Assembly (NCBI GenBank): GCA_951406725.2
Contig: OX597816.1
Location: 47,182,001-47,246,000 of the forward strand
Reading direction: 5' to 3'
DNA: 64,000 nt
Source: Octopus vulgaris
Lineage: Eukaryota
In this document: positions 12,261 through 25,437 of the stretch, in pieces
Layout: every line of letters starts with the position of its first letter
Position numbering within the stretch: position 1 is the stretch's first letter
The notes under the pieces: model-generated
The model's input: only the letters and a program-made list of their open reading frames with translations
Databases searched by the model: none
What the model was told of the DNA's origin: nothing
Made by a program: the position numbers and the translations under genes

Positions 12261-13859
12261 CCACCCATATGTGAAGTTGGGCCACCCATAACTTTAATGC
12301 ACCCAAAACGTTTTTCACCGAATATGTGTTGCTGAAATTGTGGTATGTTTAACACGTCCATATGTTCTTTTATGTCATCAAATACTATAGAGTTGAAAAA
12401 GTGTGAGACTCCAGCGCTTTGATCAAAGACCACTTTCCCCACCTCCATTATGATGTATCACAAAATCTGTTTATTTTAGGCAGTGGTTCCCAATCTTTTA
12501 ACTATCATGGATTTATTTGTATTTAAATGTATTTTCCCACCAACTCCATAGTTTTGAAAAGTCTGTCCAGTTAATAAATTGTCTTTATTAACCAATAACA
12601 AATTTATTTTCTCAGTTTCTATCTCCCAGCAGGATTGGTATAATACATGACAGATCTAATGTATTGTTTTTACTCTGCTGTTTATTTTTATTGGACAACA
12701 TCTGGTATCTGTTCTGTATATCACAAATTTTATAGTGTAAGGGAAGCGACTCTATTAAAACAAAATAGTTATTTCCCCTGTAACACAACTTGCTCTGGCA
12801 TCGTTTATTTGTGTATTTTTTTTCATTCATATTTAGACTGGTCTGTTGTTAGACATCTTTTATGCAACATTACCATGATTAGGTCTTCAAAGCACTTCCT
12901 CTTTGCTGCTTTCATGTTTTATAGCCAAACATTTGCAGCATTGATGCTATTGTCACTTTTATGCCGCTAACTCACGGCCTTGCACAAAAGGTAAATTACA
13001 GCTATTGGCAAAAATATGTTAAAAGGAACATTTTCCAATGTAATATAAATGGTCTTTACAATATACCCGGAATCAAAACAGCTATACACATAAATTAAAC
13101 TTAAAAGAGATTAGTTCCCTCATCTTCCGTTCTCTCTAGATAAGTAAATAAAAGAATACCACCTGGGGAGGTATGACAGATAGTGGACTTTCCTAAACTA
13201 AAATTATAAATATTAATTATTAAATATAAAAATCAAATGATTTCCAATTCATTATAAAAATTGTTAATCTAATTCATAGTATTCAGCACATAATTCACTA
13301 AACGGGTAATATTTTGATGTTAAACAAACTCAATTTCCTGTACTGTTTAAGCTCAACGTTGTGCTGTGAATCCAGCTGTACAATACATTAAAAGCCAGTC
13401 TTTCGTTGTTCGCTATATTAGAATTGTGTATGTATATGTGTGTGTGTGTGCATATATTTTACACTGCTTGCGTATTATACTAATATGTGTTTGCTTCTCA
13501 TGACTGAGTTATTATTTTACTTTTTCATGCAGTAAATTGTACGAAATATTCAAGTAGGGCTTCCCTCTGCAATGGGTCTCAGTACCTGGAAAATTCCTTT
13601 TCGAGGTACTGGCCAAAAGGCACAGGTGTGACTGTTGTGTTAAGATGTTTGCTTCTCAACCATGTGGTTTCGGATTCAGTCCCGTTGCATAGCACCTCAA
13701 GCAAGGATCTTACTCTAATAGAGGCCTGGGCCGACCAAGGCCTTGTGAGTGGATTTGGAAAATGAAAGAAGCCTGTCGTATATACATGTATGTATGTACG
13801 TGTTGCACGAGGGAACTGTAATAAGAAACAATTCACCTACTTCTTGTCGTTTTGCTGTA

Positions 13860-14079
13860 CTATTTAAGAATGGTGGTCCCGGTGCTCGCACTCGCGCATC
13901 CGCGATAGCTAGTCGTGACTAGTCGATCCTACAACGACTACCTAGCAAAGTAAACAAAACTCAAAATAAATATTTTTTTTACACAAAGTAAATAAAACAC
14001 AAAGGATCGACTAGTCACGACTAGCTAGCGCGGATGCGCGACTGCGCGCACTGGCACTGGGACCACTCTTCTTAAATAG
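13860..14079. mobile_element. MITE with ~70-bp CpG-rich TIRs
   Basis: ctatttaagaatggtggtccc...ctagtcgtgactagtcgatcct pairs with aggatcgactagtcacgactag...gggaccactcttcttaaatag; flanked by TA (GTAC on both sides). Confidence 0.8.
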
Positions 14080-14174
14080 TACCCGTTTTGCCACCCAGCT
14101 GTTCTCAATCCGAAACTCATGCCCAGCCCGCGCACCTAACGATAGCAGCTGTTAGTACCCGTCTCTACCAGTTT

Positions 14175-14225
14175 GTTCGTCGTGACCACCCGTTCGTCGT
14201 GACCACCCGTTCGTCGTGACCACCC
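14175..14225 (+). repeat. Perfect 17-bp tandem repeat x3
   Basis: (gttcgtcgtgaccaccc)3. Confidence 0.9.
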
Positions 14226-14348
14226 AAGGCAAAATAGAATGACTCTGGTCTACCTTTCCTCACTTCCTCTCTCACCCTTCCTGTTCCGGTCAAGCCCATT
14301 GACCGTTAACATCACAGCCCTTTCCTTCAGGCTCATCTCATCCCCACA

Positions 14349-14411
<63 letters not shown>

Positions 14412-15182
14412 CGTACGTATGAATGTATGTATGAATGAATGTATGTATGAATGTATGTGTGCATGCATGTATGTATATATTTCAAGATTTCTTGCCAATA
14501 GAGAAAGAACCGTTTTCTAACCTAGATCCAAGATCATTAGAATTTCATGTATGTGTGTGTGCTCATGCGTGCTTGTGTCACTTTGTCTTGACAATGCGTG
14601 GTAGTTGTAAAGGAGTGCCACTGTAATACAAGCCGTGTCATTCATTTCCACCATTCTGTAAGAGCATATCTTGTCATGGAGAAGTATCACCTTATTTGGA
14701 ACCAGATGAGGATTGGTGACAAGAAAGGCATCCAACTGGCCGTTGAAAATATACTTCAATAAACTCCATCTCACCCGTGCAAATGTAAAAAGTGTGCACA
14801 TTATAATGATGATAATGACGACGATGAGGATTGGGGAAGTATTAGTTGCCCATACATGTTAATACATGGTTTCTTTTCTCCATATCACTGATGATGTCCA
14901 AGGGAAAGGTAAGGCCGATACAGCGTGACCTTGGTGTCGTTACTGGTGTTGCTGTTAGAACATAATGAGCCAGAACAGATATTGCAAGGCATCCTGTCCA
15001 ATATTCAACTAATCGATCCCTCTTGATTGGTAATTAGATGGTGGTTGAATCAGGGTTGTGGAGTCATCTAAAGGTTGATTCCTTCAGAAGGCTGTAATAT
15101 CATTTGATAGGAACACGGTACAAAGAAATACATAGAACAAGGTTGTAACTTTAAATACCTTTAATGTTGGCCTCACACACAC

Positions 15183-15213
<31 letters not shown>

Positions 15214-16039
15214 TATGTTGAATGATAAATGCAAATAGTTTGATGCATAGAGGCCATGATCTTCTGTCTGCTAGTTGCTGCGTGTCGTAAGAGAGCCAAC
15301 GAGATCCTGTCCTTGCTATCTGACGACTAAATGCCAAAAGAAGAAGTTGCAAGGCCTCGTGTCAGAATCTTACCGCTGCTTGTGCAATCTAGCACGAGTT
15401 TGTTTAAACCCGCTATCAAGGAGGTAACTTTGCCTACAGGTACCTTGCTTCCATCGACCTTGAAAAGAAGACTGCTAGGATCGATTTGTCCTCAGTGGAA
15501 CTTGAACTCAGAGCGCCGAGTTATAATATACTGACAGACGTTCTAATTCAATGCTCTAATGACTTTGCCAATAATGTTTTGCGTCCTAGAGTAGAAAAGT
15601 AGAAAAGAATATATGTATGCACGTGTATGTGTATATACGTGTGCTTGATGTGTATACATGCATGTATAAGTAAATATCTTATACAGATCTGTCTGTCTGT
15701 GTCTTCGTCTCTGTCTGTCTATCTCTTCTCTTCTCTTCTCTTCTCTCTCTCTCTCTGCACGTACGCGTGCGTGAATGTGTGTGTGTGTGTGTGTGTGTGT
15801 GTGTCGCATGTCTATGTGTGTTGTGCATGTTTCTGGAGATGATTTTTCCATGGAGATGATTTTTCCATGGAGTGACAGGAAATGTGGTTAAGTTGAAATT
15901 AATATGCGCAACAAACGGTGCCGTTTGCATAACCAGGTGTTCTTTTAGATTTCGTATGTAGTGATGTGTACAGCCTGTTATGATGTGTCATGTGCTGCTT
16001 TTCGTATTCTTTGCGGTCTCTTGTGGTTTGTTATGGAAA

Positions 16040-16530
16040 GATTGAAGTTCCAGATAAGGCTGATGTAATACATATTGGATCTAATACATTGTTTATACAC
16101 CATTGTTTTCTTTCTTTTTGTTGGCCATATTTGTCCGCTGAGATTATTTAAAGAATGTGTATCATTTTCTTTTTTTCTCCTTCGTCTTCTACGTGTGTTG
16201 TGTAAGCTGTGGAGGTAATGTAACTTAATACTTTTGTCTTCTGTAGGCGCCCGTGCACTCATGTTGTTGAATGATCTTGTTAGGTTTATGGTTGAGCCTG
16301 TAGCACTAGAGACCTCCGGCGTTCTTGGGTCGCCGTGCCGTATTCCTGCTCACAGCTATCGGGGTGGAGATGGCTTTTTCGCAAGCGCGAGTCCCATGAG
16401 TCAGATTGGCTTTTCCAGCCTATCTCCTTCACCATCCTCTGGGGCAACGCTGTTTCCTTTTTTGTCTACTGGGGCCATGAGGCAGTCTGACTTATAAGAA
16501 ATGAAATGTTCCGCTCTTTAAGTACTTGGA
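16040..16530 (+). promoter_or_regulatory. Candidate Pol II promoter or enhancer in a TE-free block
   Basis: Locally GC/CpG-enriched. TGAGTCA (AP-1 consensus) abuts ATTGG (reverse CCAAT) at ~16397-16409, TATAAGAA is at ~16493 and TGATGTAAT at ~16061. Motif-only support. Confidence 0.3.
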
Positions 16531-17740
16531 TCCATGCGATAATTTATTACATAACGAACCAATGAATAAGACATGCCAGTATGCAAGCTTGTTCTGTCAC
16601 AATTAACCTTGATGAATGAGGTTGCTAAGTTTAATAACAATCTGGTTGAAAGGAGACAGTGGATTTCGTAGATGTTACATAAAGTAGGATTGGAAGTCGA
16701 GTAACAGCATCTGGAAAATGGCGGAATGATATGTGTAGCATAATGATGTGTGTGAAAGTGTAAACTGACACATACACGTCTCTCCATACTTCTCACTTTG
16801 TACCAATTGACAATTTTTTTTATTTATTTTCACAGTATTTAATGCATGATGGATTCATGACATAAATATTGAGCTTGAACTCTACAGGAGACTGAACCTG
16901 TTTAACATCGGAATATTGACCGTGTGTATGTTTTGTGGAAGTGTGTGATGTCGTATAACTATAGGTAGAAAAGAAGGTTACGAAATATTTTGGCACAGCC
17001 ATTTTGGCTTTCCCTATTTGGCGTCAATGATTCACTGCAGACGGTTTTGACATCAGACATTTTAATGTTTCTCTTTCTCTCTCTCTCCCTTCCACTTTCT
17101 CTCTTTCTCTCTCTCCCTCTCTCTCTTTCTCTCTCTCTGTTTATGTCTGTGAGCATCTAGTTATGTTTGTATATATGGGTATTGTATCTCTTCCCCCTCG
17201 CTTTCTCTCTCTCTCTCTTTCTCTCTTCCTTTCACTCTCTATCTGTATGTGTGTGTGTGTGTGTGTATTTGCTTCCAATGCCACCACATACTATCACCAA
17301 AATTGTTCGAATGTTCAGTTATGCCAAATCATCAGTGTCCAAATAGTTGCACTCACTTGCTTCATTTGATTAAAAGAATGGTGAGAGCATGGCTCTTTGT
17401 TGTGCTCTATTCGATATTGCAGTTTCTGGAGGAGTTGTTCTTGCACACTTCTCAGGTTTGGCAGCGAAACAGATAGAATTGCAGACTATGTTTCGCGCTT
17501 TTTCTTAAGGTGGCATTGAATATTTTGTGTACAAGTTGATAGCATGGTATTAGCTTTACTGATACCGATGGTTGTTAGAACTGTACGTGTTGGTTGTTTT
17601 TATTGTTGAAATAATTACGGATTTTCTGTGTTAGGTTTGTGAGTGGTTTGGTAGTTGGAAGTTAGGGATCTGGATTCATGTTCTGAATTGAAGAGAAGTA
17701 TGTGTGTGATTATGTGTGTAATGCTGTCAAGGATTATACG

Positions 17741-17850
17741 TATGTATGTATGTATGTATGTATGTATGTATGTATGTATGTATGTATGTATGTATGTATG
17801 TATGTATGTATGTATGTATGTATGTATGTATGTATGTATGTATGTATGTA

Positions 17851-17883
<33 letters not shown>

Positions 17884-17920
17884 ATGTATGTATGTATGTG
17901 TGTATGTATGTATGTATGTA

Positions 17921-17951
<31 letters not shown>

Positions 17952-18738
17952 ATGTATGTATGTATGTATGTGTGTATGTATGTGTGTGTGTGTGTGAGTG
18001 CGTGCGTACGTGCGTGCGTGCATGCATGCCTGCATGTATGTGTGCATGAATGTATGTATGTGTGTATCTATGTATGTATGTATGTATGTGCGTGTATGTA
18101 TGTGTGTATCTATGTATATATGTATGCAAATGTGTGCATGCATGCATGTATGTATGTATGCAAATGTGTGTGCGTGCGTGCATGTATGTATGTATGTATG
18201 TATGTATGTATGTACGTATGTATGTATGTAAATGTGTGTGCATGCATGTATGTATTTATGTATGAATGTATGTATGCATATGCGTATGTATGGGTGTATG
18301 CATGCACGTATGTATGTATGTTAGTATGTATGTATATATGTATATGTACGTCTGTCTACCTGTCTGCATGTCTCTATGTGTGCGTGTGTGTGTGTGCACA
18401 TGTCTGTCTGTCTGTCTGTATGTATGTGTGTGTACATTTGTATGTATGCACATCTATGTCTTCTTTGCAATTAAATTTTTCTTTTCAAGCCAGTCACTAC
18501 CAAAGTAACAGGACTCTTTCATTTACGTCAAGATAGCCCTTGAGGTTTGTGGTTAACTGAACTGGTTGATCTTTCTGTATATGTGTGTCTGTGTGGATAA
18601 AGTTGCGCTTGTGGGTATGCATGTCACAACAGAACACATGTGTGCATGTTACTTTACTGTTCATAAGTGTATGTATATGTATTCCATTTGTGATTGTGTA
18701 CATATGTATATGTGTATATATATGTGTATATATATATA

Positions 18739-18802
<64 letters not shown>

Positions 18803-18807
18803 TATAC

Positions 18808-18838
<31 letters not shown>

Positions 18839-19062
18839 CATACATACATATATATATATATATGTATATATATGTATATATATCTATGTGTGTATATATA
18901 TGTATGTGTGTATATATATATATGTATGTATGTACATATGTATGAATGCATGTATGTATATATGTATGTATGTGTGTATAAATGTATATATGTGTACATG
19001 TATGTATGTATGTATGTATGTATGTATGTATGTATGTATGTATGTATGTATGTATGTATGTA
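17741..19062. repeat. Large compound microsatellite field: (TATG)n, (TG)n, (TA)n
   Basis: Read directly; it produces the spurious CMYV/HTYI ORFs. Confidence 0.95.
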
Positions 19063-20147
19063 TAGCAGCACTGGATTTGAGGATCGATGTGTTGAGCAAG
19101 CTAGCATATGCTAATTCCTTCCGGGTCAGTTATTTTCTCTTGCACATGAACGACTTTGCTTTCTGTCTAATGAGATTGATGGAAATAAGTACCAGAGTAC
19201 TGTAGTCGATATAATTGACCGAAAGGGGTTCCCAGCATGGCCAAAGTCCAGTGAGTGAATCTAGTAGAATATGATTTCCACACGCATTTATCGCCATTGT
19301 TGTCATCTTCATTGTCATCACCACAACCCATGCCACCCAACCACCACCATCACCATTACCATCACCATTGCCACCCTTCCACTGTCACTCTCACCACTGC
19401 TGCTACCCCCCCCATTGTTATTATCACTGTCATAACTGCTGCCATCACTACCACCCATCATCACCACTTCCATAATGACAACTACAATAAGCATCATCAT
19501 CCGCATCACCATTACCATCCTCCACCACATTCTCCTCCTTTACATTTTTATGTTTGTTGTTTCTGTACTTACATGGGTTGGATGAGTCTTTTCCAACATA
19601 GCATTTCACCACTTGCTGCGAGGTCCAGTATCCTTAGATCATTTGCACCATTTCTTCCTATGTATTCGTCTTCTGAAGATCCTTTCACTTAGATCACTTG
19701 GCCCCTCTATATTCAACTATCAAGCCCTCCATGTACTTCATGTGTCTGTAACAGAGCATTCTCCTTTCTTTCACCATAACCATTTCCTCTTATATTCTGT
19801 TTTTCCCTTGATTCTTATGTTCCCTGTTGTGATGCATACTCACATAATACATTCAGTGGAGCATGCTCACTTCATTTCTTTCCAACCTTTGCACAATCTC
19901 TGAATTCAATCCATATGTTTTGCTACTTGCAATATTACACTTTGTACATGCAAATCATAAAATCCACCCTTCACTTGGAGAAAAAATTTCTTTGTTGTCA
20001 AGTTTGTCTTGTGACTTGAGTTTCATGCCACAGTGATCTTCAGGTAAGAACTAAGCTTCAGAGTGACAAATATCAGAAGAGAATCAACACATCGAAATAT
20101 TATTATTTCTAAATCTCTCTAAAGGAGACTATGGCAGTAGTACTGGC

Positions 20148-20457
20148 TATTAATAGTTATCGCCAAGCTAACATGGTAGTCCAGAAAAATAGGACAAATG
20201 CTGCTGTTGATTAGCTCCAAGAGGCCATCACCTTTAGCTAGCTATGTGGCACACAAATCTGTGCCCATTACAACCTTTGAACAGGGGAGGTCATCAGCAT
20301 GGGGAAGCTGATGACCTCCCCTGTTCGAAAGTTGTAATGGACACAAATTTGTGTGTCACATAGCTAGCTAAAGGTAATGGCCTCTTGGAGCTGTTCAACA
20401 GAAGCATTCATCCTATTTTTCTGGACTGCCATGTTAGCTTGGCGATAACTATTAATA
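20148..20457. repeat. Long palindrome (~150-bp arms, ~8-nt loop), probable MITE or foldback
   Basis: tattaatagttatcgccaagctaacatgg...caggggaggtcatcagc|atggggaa|gctgatgacctcccctg...ccatgttagcttggcgataactattaata. Confidence 0.9.
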
Positions 20458-21342
20458 ATTAACAAATCATTTTAAAGATTGCTGTTTTGGTATGTTTGAT
20501 ATTTCTGGACACAGCTCCATGATCAATCTGAAGATAAACCAAATTTACCCTCAGCCATGAGACATGTATCCCATTGTAATCTAACTACTTCATTGTGTCT
20601 ATTCTTATATTTGAAGTTGGCTGTCATTAATGAACTTGAATGCTGCACATTGAAGGGAAGCACTGGAGTTGAAACATATATACAACAACCGACTGATATA
20701 AGAGCATGTAAACCTGTCATCCACACTGAATTAAATAACATAGTACATGATTTAGTTATTACAAAAATCACAGCAGAATTATTGGGAGCCAGGTTGAATC
20801 AGTGATACCCTTCTAGCTTCAAAGACAAAATTTAATGTTTTATTCAACTCCCTGTGGTGATATTTCAGGGTCACTTTCAGTGCCCTTAGTGTCACAGGAT
20901 CTACTTTCTTGTATCAGTCTTATCAACCGCATCTGCTCCCATGAGAAACAATGTGCTGGAGGTGGAGGAGGATGAATGTCCTGGATTGATGCTGTCATTA
21001 TCTTTGATGGGTAGACATAAGCAACTTCCTCCTCCGCCTCCGCCTCCTCTTCCCCCCCTCCTCGTCGTCGTCGTCGTCATTTAACATCTGTTTTCTCTAA
21101 GAGATTCAGCTTGGCTCAGAATATGAAATGAGCCCTTTGAAATACAGGTACTACTCATTTCTCCCAGCTGAGTGAACTGGAGCAATGTGAAATAAAGTGT
21201 CTTGTTCAAGGATACAATGTACTGCAGGGAATTGAACTCATGACCTTACAATCATGAGCCAAATATACCTGGCCTCTAAGCAATGTGCCTTCAGATGTTT
21301 GATTCACACAAAACGAACACAACTTGTTGGTTGGGTGATATA

Positions 21343-21864
21343 CCGTAAATCCTCGAGTATAATCCACATTTTTTCCCCAAAATTTAAAGGTCAAAATCCC
21401 TAGTGCATACTATATACGAGGTTAAAAATGAAAAATATTTTCTAAGCAATGTCCTAGTCTCTATTTGCTGTCCGGCAATGTTTATTCAGATACATTTTGT
21501 GATGTCGAGTGTGAAAATACCTTAAGCTAAGCCTGAAAGCAATGAAGTCATAAAAGAATCATCCATAACATGCAGTAAGCAACATTTATTAAACGTTATT
21601 ACTGTTATTACTATTATTTCTTTATTTTCTGCAAACAAAATGCACAAAAAAGCTACACGTTTGCATTATGTTTTATATACAATAACAATAAAGGACGTTA
21701 CTGTATACATTTTTACAAACCAAGGATGTTATATAGACCTCCTTGCCTGAAGTTAGAGAAGGGGTGCGTATTATACACAAGGTTTAGGTTTTTCAGAGGT
21801 ACAGCTCCCTAAAAAATTCCCTGCCTAATATACTCAAGGGCAGACTATACTCAAGGATTTACGG
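21343..21864 (+). mobile_element. Shorter non-autonomous derivative of the same pogo-like family as 9223-10153
   Basis: Same TIRs and TA flanks; shares both ends but lacks the transposase remnant. Confidence 0.88.
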
Positions 21865-22687
21865 TATATTTTCTATAATTTTGTGCTTTTTTCGCTTATA
21901 CATGTGTCATTTCTGTGATATTTGATGTATTTTACCATTTTTCCAAGCCTAGATAGTGTAAGAACAGCTATGTTTGCATAGTAAGATATGTAAATTTTAT
22001 AATTTTTTTTCAAAAATATATCAAAATATTTGTTAATGTAAGCTTAATGTAGCATCTAAATATTGGTGTAAAGGGTTACTTTCTCCCATAAAACTGCTGA
22101 AATGACTACACAAGCTTTTACACCATATCATTTCAACTTATTTTCTAGTTTTAGTATGTGCATTTCATATGCACTACATTGCTAAAATTTCAAAATGCAT
22201 TTCTGGAAAAAAGACTTGACAAGTTACACAAACTCTAAGGGTAAAACTGAAATCAGATAAGATGGATACTCATTTTTTTTTCATGAAAAAAAGTAATGCT
22301 TTTTTCCAAAACATAGCTCAGTGTTATGTGTCAGTATGTCACTAATCAATGAAGTGATATCTTGCTATGCAATGTAACTTCTAAAATGTTGGAATGTAAA
22401 ATTTATTGCACAAGGTTTACCTTTTTGTCTTCTATCTTTTACTTGTTTCAGACATTGGATCGTGGCCATGCTGGGGCACCATCTTGAAGGCAAACAAACT
22501 GAGCCCAGTATTTTTTTTTTAAAGCCTGGTACATATTCTATCAATCTCTTATGCTGAATCGCTAAGTTAAAGGGGTGTAAGAAAATCAATACCAGTTGTC
22601 AAGTGGTGGTGTATGACAAATACAGACACAAAGACACACACACGCATACACGCACATACACATACATGCACACACACGCACATGCAT

Positions 22688-22719
<32 letters not shown>

Positions 22720-22852
22720 TGGGTCTACCTCTTCCACATGTACTCTCTACAATTAGAGATCGGCACTTCTTGATGAAACTCTCCTCATTCATACGTATTA
22801 GATGGTCATACCAGCACACTCCTCTCTCTTGCACACTACATCTGATGCTCAT
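22720..22852 (-). pseudogene. RTE-clade LINE 3' fragment inside a SINE
   Basis: The translation WYDHLIRMNEESFIKKCRSLIVESTCGRGRP resembles the RTE C-terminal W.GH..R....RGRP motif. Confidence 0.65.
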
Positions 22853-23691
22853 AGTCTCCATCTACCAAATTTACTCCCATGGTGTTGGTCAGTCGAGGGT
22901 TATAGTAGAAGATACTTGCCAAAGACACTGTGAAGCAAGACTGAACCTAAAGCCACATGGTTGTAAAATGGGCTTCATACATACACACACACACATGTAT
23001 GGGTTGGTGCTTAATTAACAACTATTTATTTTATTTTGGTGTTTTATTTTCAAATAAATTTAGAATAAAAAAATGGCTATTAATTATGTACCTACCCAAT
23101 ACATATATAATACTATATATACATACAAGGTGCATATTATGATAGAATAAGTGCCAGGATTTTGATTCATTCAACTAAAACCTCAAGGTGGTGCCCCAGC
23201 ATGGCAGCAGTCTAATGACTGAAACAAGTGAAATATAAACAGTAAAAGATATATCAATTAAATAATGGCTGAGCCATTCTATCTATTTAATCATCATCAT
23301 CATCATTTAATGTCTGCTTTCCATGCTGGCATGGGTTGGATGGTTTGACTGAAAACTGGTAAGCCGGGGAGCCGCACCAGGTTCCAATCTGATTTAACAA
23401 GGTTTCTATGGCTGGATGCCCTTTCTAACACCAACCATTCCATAAGTGTAGTAGGTGCATTTTACATGCCACTGGCACAGGTGCCATTGATGTAACACTG
23501 ACATCAGCCATGACTAAAAGCACTGTTATATTTCCATTCTCTTTATTTCTTGGGGTGTCTCAATTTTCATCATACTCTTGTAATCTGTTCACTGATTCAT
23601 TTTCACTATTATGATGAAAATCAGATATTAGTGAATTTTTATAAGCCTCAGGTAATATTTAGTTCTAAATTTTGTGTCTGAGGATCCATTA

Positions 23692-24075
23692 CTCTTTTAC
23701 TTGTTTTAGCCATTTGACTGTGGCCATACTGGAGCATCGCCTTTAGTTGAGCAGATCGACCCCAGGACTTATTCCTTGTAAGCCTAGTACTTATTCTATT
23801 CTAAGTTACAGGGATGTAAACACACCAGCATCGGTTGTCAAGCGATGTTGGGCACAAAAACATATACACACACACATACATACATACACACACACACATA
23901 TACGATGAGCTTCTTTCAGTTTCCATCTACCAAATCCACTGACAAGCTGACAAGGCTTTGGTTGGCCCGAGGCTATAGTAGAAGACACTTGCTCAAGATG
24001 CCATGCAGTGGGACTGAACCTGGAACCATGTGGTTGGTAAGCAAGCTACTTACCACACAGTCACTCCTACGCCTA
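23692..24075 (-). mobile_element. Near full-length dominant SINE
   Basis: Reverse complement of 43691-44108, including the head and the 3' stem-loop. Confidence 0.85.
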
Positions 24076-24421
24076 TAATGGTATAATTGTATAATAGTAG
24101 TTTTTACCTTTTGATATGGGTTACTTAGAAGTTGCCTTTAGGTTTGAATTACTGTATTTTCCAGTATACAAGTTGAATTTTTTTTCATCAAAATTTACAG
24201 CCCCAAAAAAGGTAGGTTAAGGTAAAAAATTCCATGTGAAAAAATGCTGCAGGATTTGGAAAGAAAGTGACAATGTTTAAATGTTTACAGTACATAATTA
24301 TATGTTGACTTGTATGCATGAAAATACAGTATCAGTTTTTTTTCCTAGCTATATTGTATGTATACGTGTAATTTGTTTGTGTTAGTTTGTGTGTATATAT
24401 ATATATAGACACACACACATC

Positions 24422-24423
<2 letters not shown>

Positions 24424-24493
<70 letters not shown>
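24424..24493. repeat. (GA)n microsatellite
   Basis: Read directly. Confidence 0.95.
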
Positions 24494-24497
<4 letters not shown>

Positions 24498-25270
24498 AAA
24501 AGAGATAGAGTGAAAGAGAGAGGATTGGATACAAAAACTTTGCAGCTAAGAATTACAAAGATCCTAAGAGCAGCATTTCTAGATTGCTAATACAAAGCTA
24601 GTGAATGTTGATGTACTTAGAAATTCTTGCATTGTTCAAAGGAGTAATGTACTCCCATATTTCATCACTCCATCTTCTGTTCTCTGTATAGGTATACCTG
24701 TTTGAGATTCATTTTTCAGATGCTGCCTTCATAAAAAAAACTTCAATGGTTGCTTTATGATGTAGCTTCATTGACTGACCTCAATAGCTGTGTTAAATGA
24801 TATACTTGACACAATATTGACAAGAGTTTCTAATAATATAAACATAGAAAGATTAACAGCCAGACTAAACAAATAATACCGCTTGCTTTTTTTATGAAGA
24901 ATCTTTAATTAATCATTAATTTAATTATTGTCTTGAAAATGAAAATGAAAGTAATTGTGCTAACAGTTTTATAGAATTTTTATAGTTTAAAAGTTTAATG
25001 TGTTTATCAGTGGAATGTAACCTTAGAAAAAGAATTTTTAATGACCATAGTAAGCAAATAGTATTATCCATACTTTTTATACAAAGGTCTTTTGTTTTTA
25101 TTTTTTTTAGCAAATTTATTTTTCAAATATGAAAATGAGAGTAATTGTGTTAGTTTTATAGAATTTGAAAATTTTAAAAAGGTTATTTTATTTATCAGTT
25201 GAACGGATGCTGAGGCCAATGGAAACATTTGGCTATGACTCTCTCTCTCTCTCTTTTTTTTTTTTCGTAG

Positions 25271-25437
25271 GGAATCATTGAGAGTGAATCATTTGAACAA
25301 AGAAAGAACAACGATTCAGCTAAATGAACCAAAGACAACAGCAACAACAACAACAACAACAACATCAATAACAATATTGATTTTTCTGTATAGCAGAAAG
25401 GAAAGGAAATATGCAAAGTGGAAACACCCACAACAAT
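25271..25437 (+). other. Candidate host-gene exon (5'UTR plus possible start codon, MQSGNTHNN, phase-0 donor)
   Basis: A long polypyrimidine tract ends in cgtag at 25270, and a GTAAGT donor begins at 25438. ATG at 25411 gives exactly 9 codons to the donor. It sits in a TE-poor ~1.8-kb block. Confidence 0.5.

Noticed and set aside
12190-12262. tRNA gene
   Set aside because: It has A and B boxes but no complete acceptor stem and continues into a SINE body with a TSD. The same holds for the other SINE heads.
16234-16497. 87-aa ORF as a coding exon
   Set aside because: No recognisable domain, no clear donor site and a non-ATG start; it is better explained as regulatory or UTR sequence.
17655-19205. 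Long ORFs of up to 293 aa (CMYV/YI/HT repeats)
   Set aside because: They are translations of (TATG)n/(TA)n microsatellites. The same applies to the ORFs near 39500, 42500, 46700, 49000 and 62750.
19255-19692. His-rich 145-aa ORF
   Set aside because: Degenerate (CAC/CAT)n repeat followed by decayed retroelement sequence.
20305-20340. Hammerhead in the palindrome arm (CTGATGA...GAAA)
   Set aside because: The sequence between the boxes (cctcccctgttc) cannot form stem II, and stem I does not close.
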